DNA of 64,000 nucleotides from Eledone cirrhosa (Eukaryota), in NCBI GenBank assembly GCA_964016885.1, contig OZ024744.1:123442001-123506000 (forward strand), read 5' to 3'. Both the position numbers and the translations under genes were made by a program. The notes below the pieces were generated by a model, which made no database searches, was not told where the DNA came from, and saw nothing but the letters and a program-made list of their open reading frames with translations. This document shows positions 1 through 11,259 of the stretch, in pieces. How positions within the stretch are numbered: the stretch's first letter is position 1; the number at the start of each line of letters is the position of its first letter.

Positions 1-1420
1 TCTAATTTCACCAAGTCCCTAATCAACTGTGCTATAATTCTATAACAAAACACTGGTGCGTATGAATATAACAAAAGACTCAGTTGGTGTGTATAAAGTT
101 TAATTAACAAGTTGAAGTTATGTAGAACAGATTGGTTGACAAGTCAAAAGTAGATGAAAGAATGATGTAAAGTTATTTGTTACCGTTTTGAAGTGAGTAG
201 AGCCTTGGCGAACGCGCTTGGCCGAAGGGCCAGGCTAGTTAGAAGAGAGTGAGATCGCCCTGAGCTATCCCTTTTATAGGGTCCCAGAACGGAAGTGACA
301 AAAAGGGTTCTGCCACCCCAACGGGAAGTAACTCCAGCTACTTCCTGTCTAGAAAGCGGTGATGTGATTGTCATAACAAGGGAGGCAACTCTTGCTACAA
401 CTCTTTCTGTTACTTTCATTACCTACTCCATCTACTTTATATCTCTATAGTTTCCTCTATCTAGTGCATCACCTTTGCCCTTGTAGCAGTTGACAATGAT
501 GCTGCTGCACCAATCCTTTGGTATGATACCCTCTAGTATTACCTGGTTAACAATACGTGTGGTTATGGTGTGACCTACCAACCCAGATGCCTTCAGCATC
601 TCGGCAGCTATACCTGATGGACCGGTTGCCTTCCCTGTCTTCATATCTTTGATTGCCTTACTTACTATGCTGCTGCTGGCCCCTCTATAGGGTCCACTTG
701 GGGTAGGGTCTCTTTTTTCCATGCATTCTCCTTATTTAGTAATCTTTCATAATGGCTCTTCCACGCATCTTTCTTCTCCAGGTTGCCTTCTGTTTCCAAG
801 TTCGTCTAGTTCTGACAATGAGGTCGCTGACAACTAAGTTATATTGAGAGGTACATTCCTTACTAGGGAAGGCTTTTATGTTTACGAAGTCCATATATCA
901 CGTCCTCTGATAAGGATAAAATCTATCTGACTAAAATGCTCCCCTGATCTGTAGGTGATCAGATGGTTGTGCATTAGGGACTCATAAAACCTATCCTTAA
1001 GTTCGTCTGGCAACCCCGATTCAGGACTAGTCTGAGTTTAATGATTCTTGTGTTCATCCTGTTCACTGAGATTACCTTATCTACCCATTTGTCAGCTAAT
1101 AGTATACCTATACTTCCCATCCCGTTGTCACCCCCCCCCCCCCCCGAAAAATTTGTAGCACTGACTTTTGCTTACAAGGACTCTAGCGGACTCTCCTCTC
1201 CACCTAGTCTCTTGCACACAGCATACGTTAATTTCCTTTCACTCTAGCATCTCTATAATTTCTCCTGCTCTTCCTTTCATTGTGCTTATGTTAATGGTTC
1301 AAACTCAGAGTTTTGGGCATTTGCCAACATTCGTGGGAAAGGGTAAATTTTTGCGGGGGAGTGTGTATGCTTCCTGTCTCTGAATTAAAGCTTCGCATGG
1401 GTGCTTGGTAACTTGCGGAT
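1..1420 (-). mobile_element. Decayed, internally deleted RTE-clade LINE (APE endonuclease N-terminus ~960-1310; RT N-terminal part 1-780), interrupted by a solo LTR
   Basis: Minus-strand translation near 1180-1300 gives INISTMKGRAGEIIEMLE..INVCCVQETRWRGES (APE endonuclease). ORF 432-722 has KAIKDMKTGKATGPSGI..PKDW..YKGKGD..NYRDIK (LINE RT upstream motif). It matches the RTE copy at 22.4-23.7 kb. Confidence 0.85.
41..399 (-). mobile_element. Solo Gypsy LTR (TGTAGCAAGAGTTGCCTCCC family)
   Basis: Minus strand starts TGTAGCAAGAG and ends GTTATA. Flanks ATTC/ACTC form an imperfect 4-bp TSD that restores the RTE sequence. Homologous to the LTRs at 14836 and 21221. Confidence 0.85.
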
Positions 1421-1435
1421 TCATATTCATTTATA

Positions 1436-1606
1436 TATCATCATCATTTTACGTCCGCTTTTCCCTGCTTGCAAGGGTGGGACGGGAACTGATTCTGGCT
1501 TGATTTCTACAGCTGGATGCCATTTACAGTGTGGGCTGGGTGCTTTTTTTGCCGTGGCACCTCCACGACCACTTTGCAGTGGAATGATAGGGACCCCAGT
1601 CCCTAT
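1436..1606 (-). mobile_element. 3' half of a tRNA-derived SINE with (ATG)n tail, split by the LTR element 1607-4548
   Basis: Continuous with 4549-4699 across the CTAT duplication. An uninterrupted homologue lies at 24463-24770. Confidence 0.8.
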
Positions 1607-4548
1607 TATAACAGGGTGACTGAGGTTGTATGTACAATATTTATTTACGAAGATTGAGCTGAGTAGAGCTGAATAGCTGACATGCCAAGAGAGATGAAAC
1701 AATGAATTAAGGCTTTCAGAAGACACGGTCCACTGGCTGAAGTGTTGCCAGGCCGTGGTTAAGTTGTTGTGTTACATGTTGGCTAGTGATTTCACGGCGA
1801 AAGAATGTTAGGTGTTTACCTTTTCACAGACAGGAAGCGAGAAGTTGATTCTTCAAATTAACGCGGGAACTTTTCCCTCAGGGCGCGTAGAGATACATTC
1901 TCTTCTACTGCCGCTGATTGGCTGAGCTGAGCCAAATCACGCACAGAGAATGTATGTGAGCCCGCAGAATTTAGGTCACTACAATACCCCCCCCCCCCCC
2001 TCCCTCTAGACGATACAGATTATTGAATCAGCAGGAAAAAATGGTGAAAGAGCACATCAGTGGAAAAATAATTGACCAGAAGGATGCATGCAAGAAGAAA
2101 AATGAGGCGCTAAGGGCCGTGTTTAGCCGCTGTGTCAAATGACTAGCTGTTTTGTAGTTTATACGTGACCACGGAGGGTCTAACAGAAAACGGATAAAGT
2201 CTGACATGGGCGAAGTTGCTGTTCTTGCATTTGGCAGTCGGACGCCATGCTTTGCAGCACAGTTACGTCCCTTTACGGACTGAGTTCAAATCTCGTCGAG
2301 GTTAACTTTGCCTTTCATCCTTACGGGGTCGATAAAATAAAGTACCAGTAATACACTGGGATAATTGCTGGCCTTGTGCCAAAAGTAGAAACAATTAAAT
2401 GTTAATGGTAAGTGTTGTACCAGTATCTGTGGATGAAGCTATTATGGTAGTTTACCAGTGCTGGCAAGAAGATGATGGGTAGGCGAGAAAATGTCGGCCT
2501 CCCAGATGTATTGCCGAAAGTGCTAGGCAGCTAGGAAAAAATGGTTGGTTGCTTTGAAAAGAAAAAAGCAAGTTGAATCTGTAGGTGGGTAGTAGTTGCA
2601 GTGTAAATTCCATAATTCCGGCGAATCCACAGAAATGGTGGAAATGCTGACAAGTCCAGTTCCATTTGTTGTTTTCCCAGCGAGTCGGGTAAGGTAACAA
2701 GATGGAGGTTGTTATGGACGATGAGTGTGCAACGAGATGCGAAGCTGTTTGAATCCAACTGCAATTAGCAGTTCTCGTGTTGCGGTGCCTGTTTTAATCC
2801 AGGTGAATTAAGCTCTATGAGTCGCTAGCATGTTTTGGTACCTCCACCAGGTGAAAAGGGATCTCGCAGAACTTTACGACGTTTGAATATCATACACTAA
2901 GAACAACATGTTGGTGTGTGTCAAAGAAATATGTGTGCATGTGCAGGCATGTAATACAGCAAAGAATTGTGGGTGCAGTCATATATACAATGATAAAGAA
3001 AATGATACAGTCATATATACAATGTAATCAACTTAAAAGAAGAGGTCAAAGGAGCAAAGAAACGTGCTCGAACATAGTTATTAAAAAAAAGGTTCAAATG
3101 TTCAAAAATAAAGTTAACATGTATGTAAGCATATGACAGCAGGAAAGAAAGTGTGTCCTCCAGAGAATGTATGCAGGTGGTTTCTGGACTGTGGTACAAC
3201 GTGAAATTCCCAACCTCCGAAGGCGGTGGGATTTTCTCACAGGAAGAGTGTTGCAAAAATAAATTCTCTGTTTTGTTCTGATGGTTTTGGTTGTTGATAA
3301 AGCAAAGATGAATGAAGCTGTGTTGTTGTTGTCTCGAAGTTTTTTTCCATTCCCAGAAAAAATGAGTTGCGCAAAGTGCTAGAAATAACAGCCAAAGTTG
3401 ATGGGTCAAGAAGCCAGCGACCATAGAAATAAGCATTCTGAATAAATGCGCAGTTTTCAACGGCAAATTTACGTGGTAAATTTTTAAACCGGCAAATAGG
3501 AGAATATAGCTTAAGGCTGGAGAATCCTTGTCAAGAAACATTATCTATGGCGTGTGTTATCTCAGTGAGTCGAGATGTGTGCTCCCACACATGCCGAAAC
3601 AAGGTTAAAGTCAAGTTGAATAAAAAAAATATTTCTTTTGCGCGAGAAAATGATAGTGCAACAGGTCGTTGGTAGCCATTGTGAAAAATTTGTGTGTGAA
3701 CGTGATAATATGATGAAAAAGAAGGAAAGGCTATATTCACTTTGTATAACAAATATGGCGAGAGTTCGATTTTTTTTTTTTTGTGAAAGTGATGAAAAAG
3801 TAGCGAAAAAGGCTTAGTTGAATGAGTAAGCGAGCTGTGATGTTTATCAAAATTGACATGTTGAATATAAGACTACAGGAGTCCAAGTCTTTTTTTGAAT
3901 GTTTGTTGTGAGAAGAACGACGGATATATCCAGTGAGTGAAACTCATTTAAACGATGTAAACACGTGAGGTGAAGAACAACATGTTTTCTTGTTTGTTTG
4001 CTGCTGAGAAAAAGATTACTTATATTTTTCGTTGTAGACAGTTTCTGAGAAAAAAATTCATGTGGAATTTTGTTAGAGGAATTTTTTTCTTTTTTGAAAT
4101 ACTGCTAATTAATTTTCTTTTTTCCATATTCACACAACACCAGATACTATTTTTTTTTCTTGGGGTCACCAATTATAACAGGAGACTGGGTTGTATGTAC
4201 AATATTTATTTACGAAGATTGAGCTGAGTAGAGCTGAATAGCTGACATGCCAAGAGAGATGAAACAATGAATTAAGGCTTTCAGAAGACACGGTCCACTG
4301 GCTGAAGTGTTGCCAGGCCATGGTTAAGTTGTTGTGTTACATGTTGGCTAGTGATTTCACGACGAAAGAAAGTTAGGTGTTTACTTTTTCACAGACAGGA
4401 AGCGAGAGGCTGATTCTTCAAATCAACGCGGGAACTTTTCCCTCAGGGCGTGTAGCGATACATTCTCTTCTACTGGCGCTGATTGGCTGAGCTGAGCCAA
4501 ATCACGCACAGAGAATGTATGTGAGCTCGCGGAATGTAGGTCACTACA
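1607..4548 (-). mobile_element. Non-autonomous LTR retrotransposon N1 (LTRs 4174-4548 and 1607-1983, non-coding interior)
   Basis: Two ~375-bp direct repeats. TSD CTAT (1603-1606 / 4549-4552). PBS TGGTGACCCC at 4162-4171, G-rich PPT at ~1986-2005. No gag/pol motifs in the interior. Confidence 0.92.
2232..2400 (+). mobile_element. tRNA-derived SINE carrying the Nin/Deu conserved domain, inside N1
   Basis: B-box-like GAGTTCAAATCTC followed by CTTTGCCTTTCATCCTTACGGGGTCGATAAAATAAAGTACCAG, which resembles the Nin-domain consensus as recalled. Confidence 0.75.
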
Positions 4549-4699
4549 CTATCATCTCATTTCTACAGCTGAGTAAACTGGAGCAATGTGAAATAAAGTG
4601 TCTTGCTCAAAGAAACAACACATCACCTGCTCTGAGAATTGAATTCACAACCTTTCGATTGCAAGGCCAATGCTCTAACCACTAAGCCATGTGCCTCCA
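4549..4699 (-). mobile_element. 5' half (tRNA-like head and core) of the SINE split by N1
   Basis: Minus strand reads TGGCTTAGTGGTTAGAGCA (A box) ... GTGAATTCAATTC (B-box-like), then TTGAGCAAGACACTTTATTTCAC. Confidence 0.8.
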
Positions 4700-4705
4700 T
4701 ATAAA

Positions 4706-4707
<2 letters not shown>

Positions 4708-4737
<30 letters not shown>

Positions 4738-4762
4738 CATATATATATACATATATATATAT
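4708..4762. repeat. (TA)n/(TATACA) microsatellite
   Basis: Direct inspection. Confidence 0.95.
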
Positions 4763-6912
4763 GAATCATCATGGCCTGCAGACACTAACGTAAATGCACG
4801 CTCTCCGCTTTAGTGATACCGGATGGGTCTACCTAAGGCGCTACCGCCAACACAATATCAGGTGGGGCGCATGTAGTGGACCACAATATATAACACAGCA
4901 TACCTATGAATGCATGTCGGAACAAGCTGATATCAACGAGAGATCCAGCGATGCCTACCTCATAACGAACCTTGGACAGCACCACCACACCAATTTGCGG
5001 ACGCCGACTCAATATAAGTCTGATTTGGTCTACAACCCTATGTGTTTTAAATTCCCAAATTTTTTAATTTCCAATCTTTGATTTTCTATCTTCGATTCGT
5101 GGTGTTTAATTTGCTATTTAGATGCTGGATTTGATGCTGGTCTGAAGGTAATGTCACAGTTAATTTTAACTTTGCCTGCGGTTGATATATATACGCTTAC
5201 AATACAAGCCGCTGGAACATTCCAATCATGCATACACTCCACGTACATTTCATGTTATGAAACACACACCCTATATATTCCATGTATACATCCACTCCAT
5301 GTTACATCTCATATAAACTATTATGAAATGGATGTTATATACATCCACAATATATATAACTTGTTTGTGTATGCACGCAAAGTCCCCATGTGTTCACCAG
5401 CCATGAGACCTGCATCATGTGCAGACTCTTACTCAGTACCTTAGATCACCAGTCCCCATGTATATTATATAACCATATGTATAACGTGGATTATGTGTCG
5501 CTGGAGATATTAATATAGTTATCAATTCAGAAGGCAATGACGAAAACGACATAATCCATTATAACAAAAATTCCCTTTTATTTGTTGTACAAATATGGAA
5601 TCGAAATAACAAGAGAAGGTTGAGCAAGTCTTCACATTGTGTTGGCTGCATATTCCAGTGGAGATGTGAAAGAATGTGTCATATCAAATGTCGGACGTCT
5701 TGATGCTACCAGGTCATTCAGCGAACTATGTCTCTCTTCCCTGTCAGCCAACTCTGTGTCTCTGGTCCAAGTAGTCCAGCAACTTGTCTCGATCCGCTGA
5801 GCGCCTTGATTGGCTCACACATCAGCCAATTCACCTCTGTGACACCATTCTTCCGCCAAAGGAAAATACATTTAATCACAAAGGAAAATACATTTAATTC
5901 TGTTCACTACAGTACCCTCCGTTTAGATCGAAGATCGATATCAAAACATGAGTAGTGCTAAATATGCAATATGTCTACATGACATCAAACAATAAAAAAT
6001 CATCGGGTACACCGAGAAAAGATACATGCATGAATACAACCAAGAAAAATGAAACATAACATAATTGAACAAGCAAAAGTAATTGTTTAAGAGTCAAAAG
6101 TTTGAACAATATCAGTTCATATATAGATTGTTTTACTCAATCTCAGACCAATGTACTTGTAGAAGATCACGCCATCTAGCGTCGACTGTGAAGCCAGTCG
6201 ATTAACTGCCCTTAGTTCTGACGTCAGTTGTTGAGACAAGACACTTGGACCATGGCAGCTCGGAGACAACAGACGTGCTAATCCCGTGCAGTTTTCCACG
6301 CAGCGACATCACACCATGCGGTCGTGGCATAATACGATAATGAACCACTACCCAACCTTGGAGCACTGATGTGTTAACCGTATTATGATTTGCTTTAAAT
6401 AAAATGTTCGCGTAACATAATCTGGAGGTATGTTCTCTTTTTTGTTTGATGATGTGCCAGCCAGTAAACAATAACCAATTAGACTGGATGACCGACGATG
6501 ACCTTCCCCGTCTAAAGTGGTGACCCTCGACGTTTAAATATGAAAGCGAAGCCTGTTTAACTTCGCCATTCGTTTTTAAATTGAAAATTGTGCGTCTTAC
6601 ACGAAAAAAAACAAAAACATGGTTGACTGGCCAGCTAACATTCCTGCACATTGTCTTTCTTCTTCAAATGCGGCCATCTGATTGGCTTAGCCTCGTCACG
6701 CGACCATATTCTCGTTTTGGAGAAGAAATGCGACGCCATCTTGTTTGATATTTGCTAGCTTGTTCCACAGATTCTGCCTTTTGGGTTTTCGCTGCTATTT
6801 CTTGTAGTGTGACTGAACTTCTTTTGCTTGCTGCAACTAAATGGATATTTCGGGAGAGTTGTGCTGTTTTCCCGTCGTTACTTTTATTCGTCCATGTGGT
6901 ATTAGATTGACG

Positions 6913-7678
6913 ATGAGTGGTTCTGGTTTGCCTGCATTCGCAGGTGATACTAAGCTCTGGTTTGCGCAGCTCGACGCTTATTTTGCTGCCAACGAAGTAA
7001 AAACCGAGAAAAAGCTCAACTTTTTGATAAGTGGTATTCCTTCTTCACTCGCTGTAACAGTGAAGGATTTGATAGTCGGCCACTATTTCTTATGATTCGT
7101 TGCGGGAAGAAATTCTTCGAAAGAACAGTCGTTCTGCTGAGAGCAGATTTCGTTCATTGTTGGAGGATGAGTGTCTAGGCGATAGGTGGCCCTCCGAATT
7201 TTTGCGCCACATTAGGGACCTCAGCCTGAACAGGATCATTCCTTTATTAAAAAATTATTTTTCTCTCGCTTGCCAAACAACGTCCAAATTATTTTGGCAA
7301 ATATAGTGGACACCAGCTCTTGGAGCAAATTGCTGCCTCCGCGGATCGAATCGTGGAGTTTTCTAAAAAGGCTACCGCCTCGGACTCGCGTATCGCTTCC
7401 TCTCATTTGAACCAACCCGTCTAGACACGCGAGGATACTGTGTTGAGGCTATTGACGCTTTGACGCAGCAAGTCGCTCGTTTGTGCAGAGAGAATAGGCC
7501 GTATTCCTGGCGGCCTAGGAGTCGTTCGCGTTCTTTCGCGACTCCACATCGGCGTACTACTTCGCCCGCCAGCAACCAATCATTGTGCTGGTATCATGCA
7601 ACCTATGCGGATAAGGCAGATCATTGCCGGCCTCCGTGTAATTATTTGGTCGCGGGAAATATGGACCAGAGTCACTAA
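6913..7678 (+). pseudogene. gag: Element B gag (frameshifted) with CHCC zinc knuckle
   Basis: LPAFAGDTKLWFAQLDAYF at the N-terminus. CWYHATYADKADHCRPPC fits C-X2-H-X9-C-X3-C, typical of the CsRn1 clade. Confidence 0.88.
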
Positions 7679-7697
7679 AGGCGGCTAGTGAACTCTG
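7654..7697 (+). promoter_or_regulatory. Putative -1 ribosomal frameshift signal (element B)
   Basis: G GGA AAT in the gag frame, 6-nt spacer, then hairpin CAGAGTCACTA/TAGTG(A)ACTCTG. The -1 frame leads to LVDTGASCS. Confidence 0.75.
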
Positions 7698-10489
7698 TGA
7701 TACAAAACGGAACCGCCATTTCTTCATTGAGGACCTCCTGTCTGGAAGAGCCTTCTTAGTGGACACAGGAGCTTCGTGCAGTATTTGGCCTGTTACTACT
7801 ATGACAGTAACTCCTCCTGAGTCGTTGATCGAATTGCAAGCTGTCAACCAGTCAGCAATCAGAACTTCTGGACAGATCTCGCTTCCTCTTAAGTTCCGAA
7901 ATCTTCGTCGGGATTTCAAATGAGTATTCACTGTTGCTAATCTGCCATACCCGATTTTGGGCGCGGACTTCCTGCATCATTTTTCTTTGACGGTGGACGT
8001 TCGTCACCAACGCCTGATTGACGATATTACTGGTTTTTCTCTTTGTGGCAGGACGGCAGAAGTTTCTACAGTTAGCCCGTCATTCTTCATTGCTAACTCC
8101 GGAAACCCATACCATGGACTGTTGAAATCGTTCCCGAAACCGACTCATGGAAATTTTAGAGTCACTGATCCAGGCCACGCTACGGAACATTTTATTACTA
8201 CAACTGGCGCTCCGATTTTTTCGCGTCCCCGCCGATTGCCAGCGGACAAATTGAAAGCAGCACGGTCTGAGTTCGATCATATGCTACAGCTCGGAATTAT
8301 TCGTCCTTCCACGAGCCCGTGGGCATCTCCATTACATATGGGGCCAAAATCTTCTGGCGATTGGAGACCCACTGGAGATTATAGAAGATTGAACTCGATG
8401 ACGGTACCGGATCGGTATCCTATCCCTCATCTGCAGGATTTTGCATCCTCGTTGCAAGGTTGCAACATTTTTTTGAAGCTCGATTTGATACGAGCCTATA
8501 ACCAAATTCCTGTCAATAGAGACGACATCCCGAAAACGGCTATAACTACGCCATTTGGATATTTCGAATTTCTCACCATGCCTTTCGTGTTAAGGAATGC
8601 TGCTAGCACCTTCCAGCGTTTTATGGATGAGGTCACTCGCGGCCTCGATTTTGTATACACCTACATTGATGACCTTCTTGTTGCTAGCTCTTCTCCAGAG
8701 CAGCATTTGAGCCATCTGGAACTTCTATTTTGTCGTTTGAAGGATTACAATGTTCGGATTAATCCGTCAAAATGTGTTTTTGGTTCCGAATCTTTGAATT
8801 TTTGGGGCCACGTCATTGACGCTGACGGTATTCGACCTATTCCTGAGAGAGTTAAAGCTATAGAGGATTTTCCTCCACCAACCTCACTTCGTCAGTTGCG
8901 CCAATTCTTGGGGCTGATTAATTTTTATAGGCGGTTTGTTCCTAATTGTGCTAAGCTACTCTTCTCCTTGACGGAAATTTTGAAAAATTGTCGAAAGAAA
9001 AATAAAGACATTTCTTTGAATGAAACTCAGCTCCAGGATTTTGAGAGCCAATGCATATTTGCTGGCTCACCCAGTGTCCAACGCTAAGCTTTCGCTTTGT
9101 GTTGACGCGTCGGATACTGCCGTGGGCGCGGTTTTGCAGCAAAGTAGAAACGATCAACAGCAACCGTTGGAATTTTTCTCCAGGAAGCTGAAACCTGCCG
9201 AAACCCGTCCGATGACATAGATTTGAATCGCTTGGCAGCCGATCAGCCTACTCTCGAATCGTTGGATATTACATCACCTGAATTTGTGAATTGCAGGATG
9301 AAATACATACCTTTACCGACCGCAGACGGACGGATCCTCTGCGACGTTCTTTGGATACGCCATCGTCGAACTGTGTTTCTTGTTTTACACGGCATTTCAC
9401 ATCCAGGATCTTCTGCCACAGTAAAACTCATAACGGCTAGATTCTTCTGGCCAAATATGAGACGTGATATTACTGTCTGGTGCCGTTCCTGTGTTGCTTG
9501 CCAGAAATCGAAAGTTCATAGACATATTAAGACTCCCCTTGGTACTTTTAGTAACCCGGACGCCCGGTTTCGCCACATTCATGTAGACATCGTGGGACCT
9601 TGGCCCATCAGCGGTGGTTACAATTACTTATTGACTGTAATCGATCGTTTTTCGCGATGGCCTGAAGCCATCCCTTTGAGGGATATCACTGCTGAGACCA
9701 CAGCGCGTGCCCTTGTGTCTGGATGGATCGCTCGATATGGAGTACCAACTACGATTACAACGGACCGTGGAAGACAGTTTGAATCGAACCTCTTCCATGA
9801 ATTGACGAAGATCATCGGCGCTAAACGCATCCGAACGACAGCATATCATCCTGCCTCTAATGGAATGGTAGAGCGCTTCCACCAACAACTGAAAGCCGCT
9901 ATACGGACTTCTCCTGACTCTACGCGCTGGAGCGAGTACCTCCCTATTGTGTTGTTGGGGATTCGGTCAACAATAAAGGAGGACCTTGGGTTCTTCCCGG
10001 TCGAATTGTTATATGGTGCTCCTCTAGCTTGCCCCTGTCGATTTTGCTGAACAAGATCCGCTTTCCTACGTATCCCGTCTGCGTTCTTATTTTCAGGACC
10101 TGCCGCCGATGGATACGAGGAAGCAAACTGTACAATTTGCAGTCCCGAGGGATATTGCCTCGTGGACCCATGTGTTTGTGAGAAACGATGTTGTGAAACC
10201 ACCTCTCACGCAACCATACTCTGGACCCTACCGTGTATTAGCTCGTTCAGAGAAACATTTCACTGTAGACATTAAGGGTTCCAGAGAGACGGTTTCGATT
10301 GATAGACTCAAACGAGCACATTTGGATACAGATGCTATCGCACCTGAACCACAAACGCCTCCGTCTTTTTCTTTAGCACACACACCTGCTCCCCCCCCCC
10401 CCCCCCCATCACCAAGATATAAGACTACGACCCGTTCCGGTCGGAGGGTTCATTGGCCCCAAAAACTGTGTAGCACGGTATATTTTTAA
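7655..10489 (+). pseudogene. pol: Element B pol (PR-RT-RH-IN) with a stop, frameshifts and an RNase H deletion
   Basis: DTGA protease. RT motifs SPWASP, DYRRLN and YIDD. RNase H DAS motif. Integrase H-X6-H...Cxx[21 protein letters not shown] and PYSGPY. Confidence 0.93.
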
Positions 10490-11134
10490 ACTGCTATTGT
10501 GCGGTGCTTTAATCCTGTAGTGACTTTTGGAACTTTTAGGAAATTGTATTTACATCTCATTACATTGTTGTTGTTGTTTTTTTTTTTTTCCTTTTTTTTT
10601 TTTTCCTTTCACGTTCTTGCATGTATTTTTGAAATTTGTTGTGCCCTTCATGCTCGGTTGGGCTGATTGCTCCTTGGTTTGGGATTTTTGCTGGTTTCTA
10701 ATCGGTTTTTCTACATACATGATACGATGAACCGATTTTTATTTAATTTTCTAAAACTCTGGTGGGAAGCCATGTAGAAGATCACGCCATCGAGCGTCGA
10801 CTGTGAAGCCAGTCGATTAACTGCCCTTAGTTCTGACGTCAGTTGTTGAGACAAGACACTTGGACCATGGCAGCTCGGAGACAACAGACGTGCTAATCCC
10901 CGTGCAGTTTTCCACGCAGCGACATCACACCATGCGGTCGTGGCATAATACGATAATGAACCACTACCCAACCTTGGAGCACTGATGTGTTAACCGTATT
11001 ATGATTTGCTTTAAATAAAATGTTCGCGTAACATAATCTGAGGTATGTTCTCTTTTTTGTTTGATGATGTTCCAGCCAGTAAACAATAACCAATTAGACG
11101 GGATGATCGACGACAACCATCCCTCCCGCCTAAA

Positions 11135-11259
11135 TACTCTACGACCACTACGAGTCGTCGTAACACATGTTGTTGAAGGTAATGAAGGTGTGTGTGATGT
11201 TGTGGGTGAGTATGCTTGTGAAGGTTCAACATGCAATGTATTGTATGTGGGGGTGTATG
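11135..11259 (-). pseudogene. pol: Element A integrase C-terminal tail
   Basis: Translates to TTTRSGRRV, matching the integrase ends of B and E. Confidence 0.75.

Larger units (their letters stand above)
6158..11134 (+). mobile_element. Gypsy element B (CsRn1/Kabuki clade), inserted in the integrase C-terminus of A
   Basis: LTRs 6158-6516 and 10773-11134. TSD TACT (6154-6157 / 11135-11138). PBS TGGTGACCCTCGACGT at 6518, PPT at ~10760-10772. Removing B restores GRRVHW of the A integrase. Confidence 0.95.

Noticed and set aside
1607-4548. LTR retrozyme (hammerhead inside the LTRs of the non-autonomous elements)
   Set aside because: No CTGANGA...GAAA core was found by eye in the N1-N3 LTRs on either strand.
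4620-4699. tRNA gene
   Set aside because: It has A/B-box-like sequence but no complete cloverleaf, and continues into SINE body, so it is a SINE head.
4762-5479. ORFs 4794-5081 and 5151-5444 as host exons
   Set aside because: No recognisable motif and low-complexity composition. Left unassigned.
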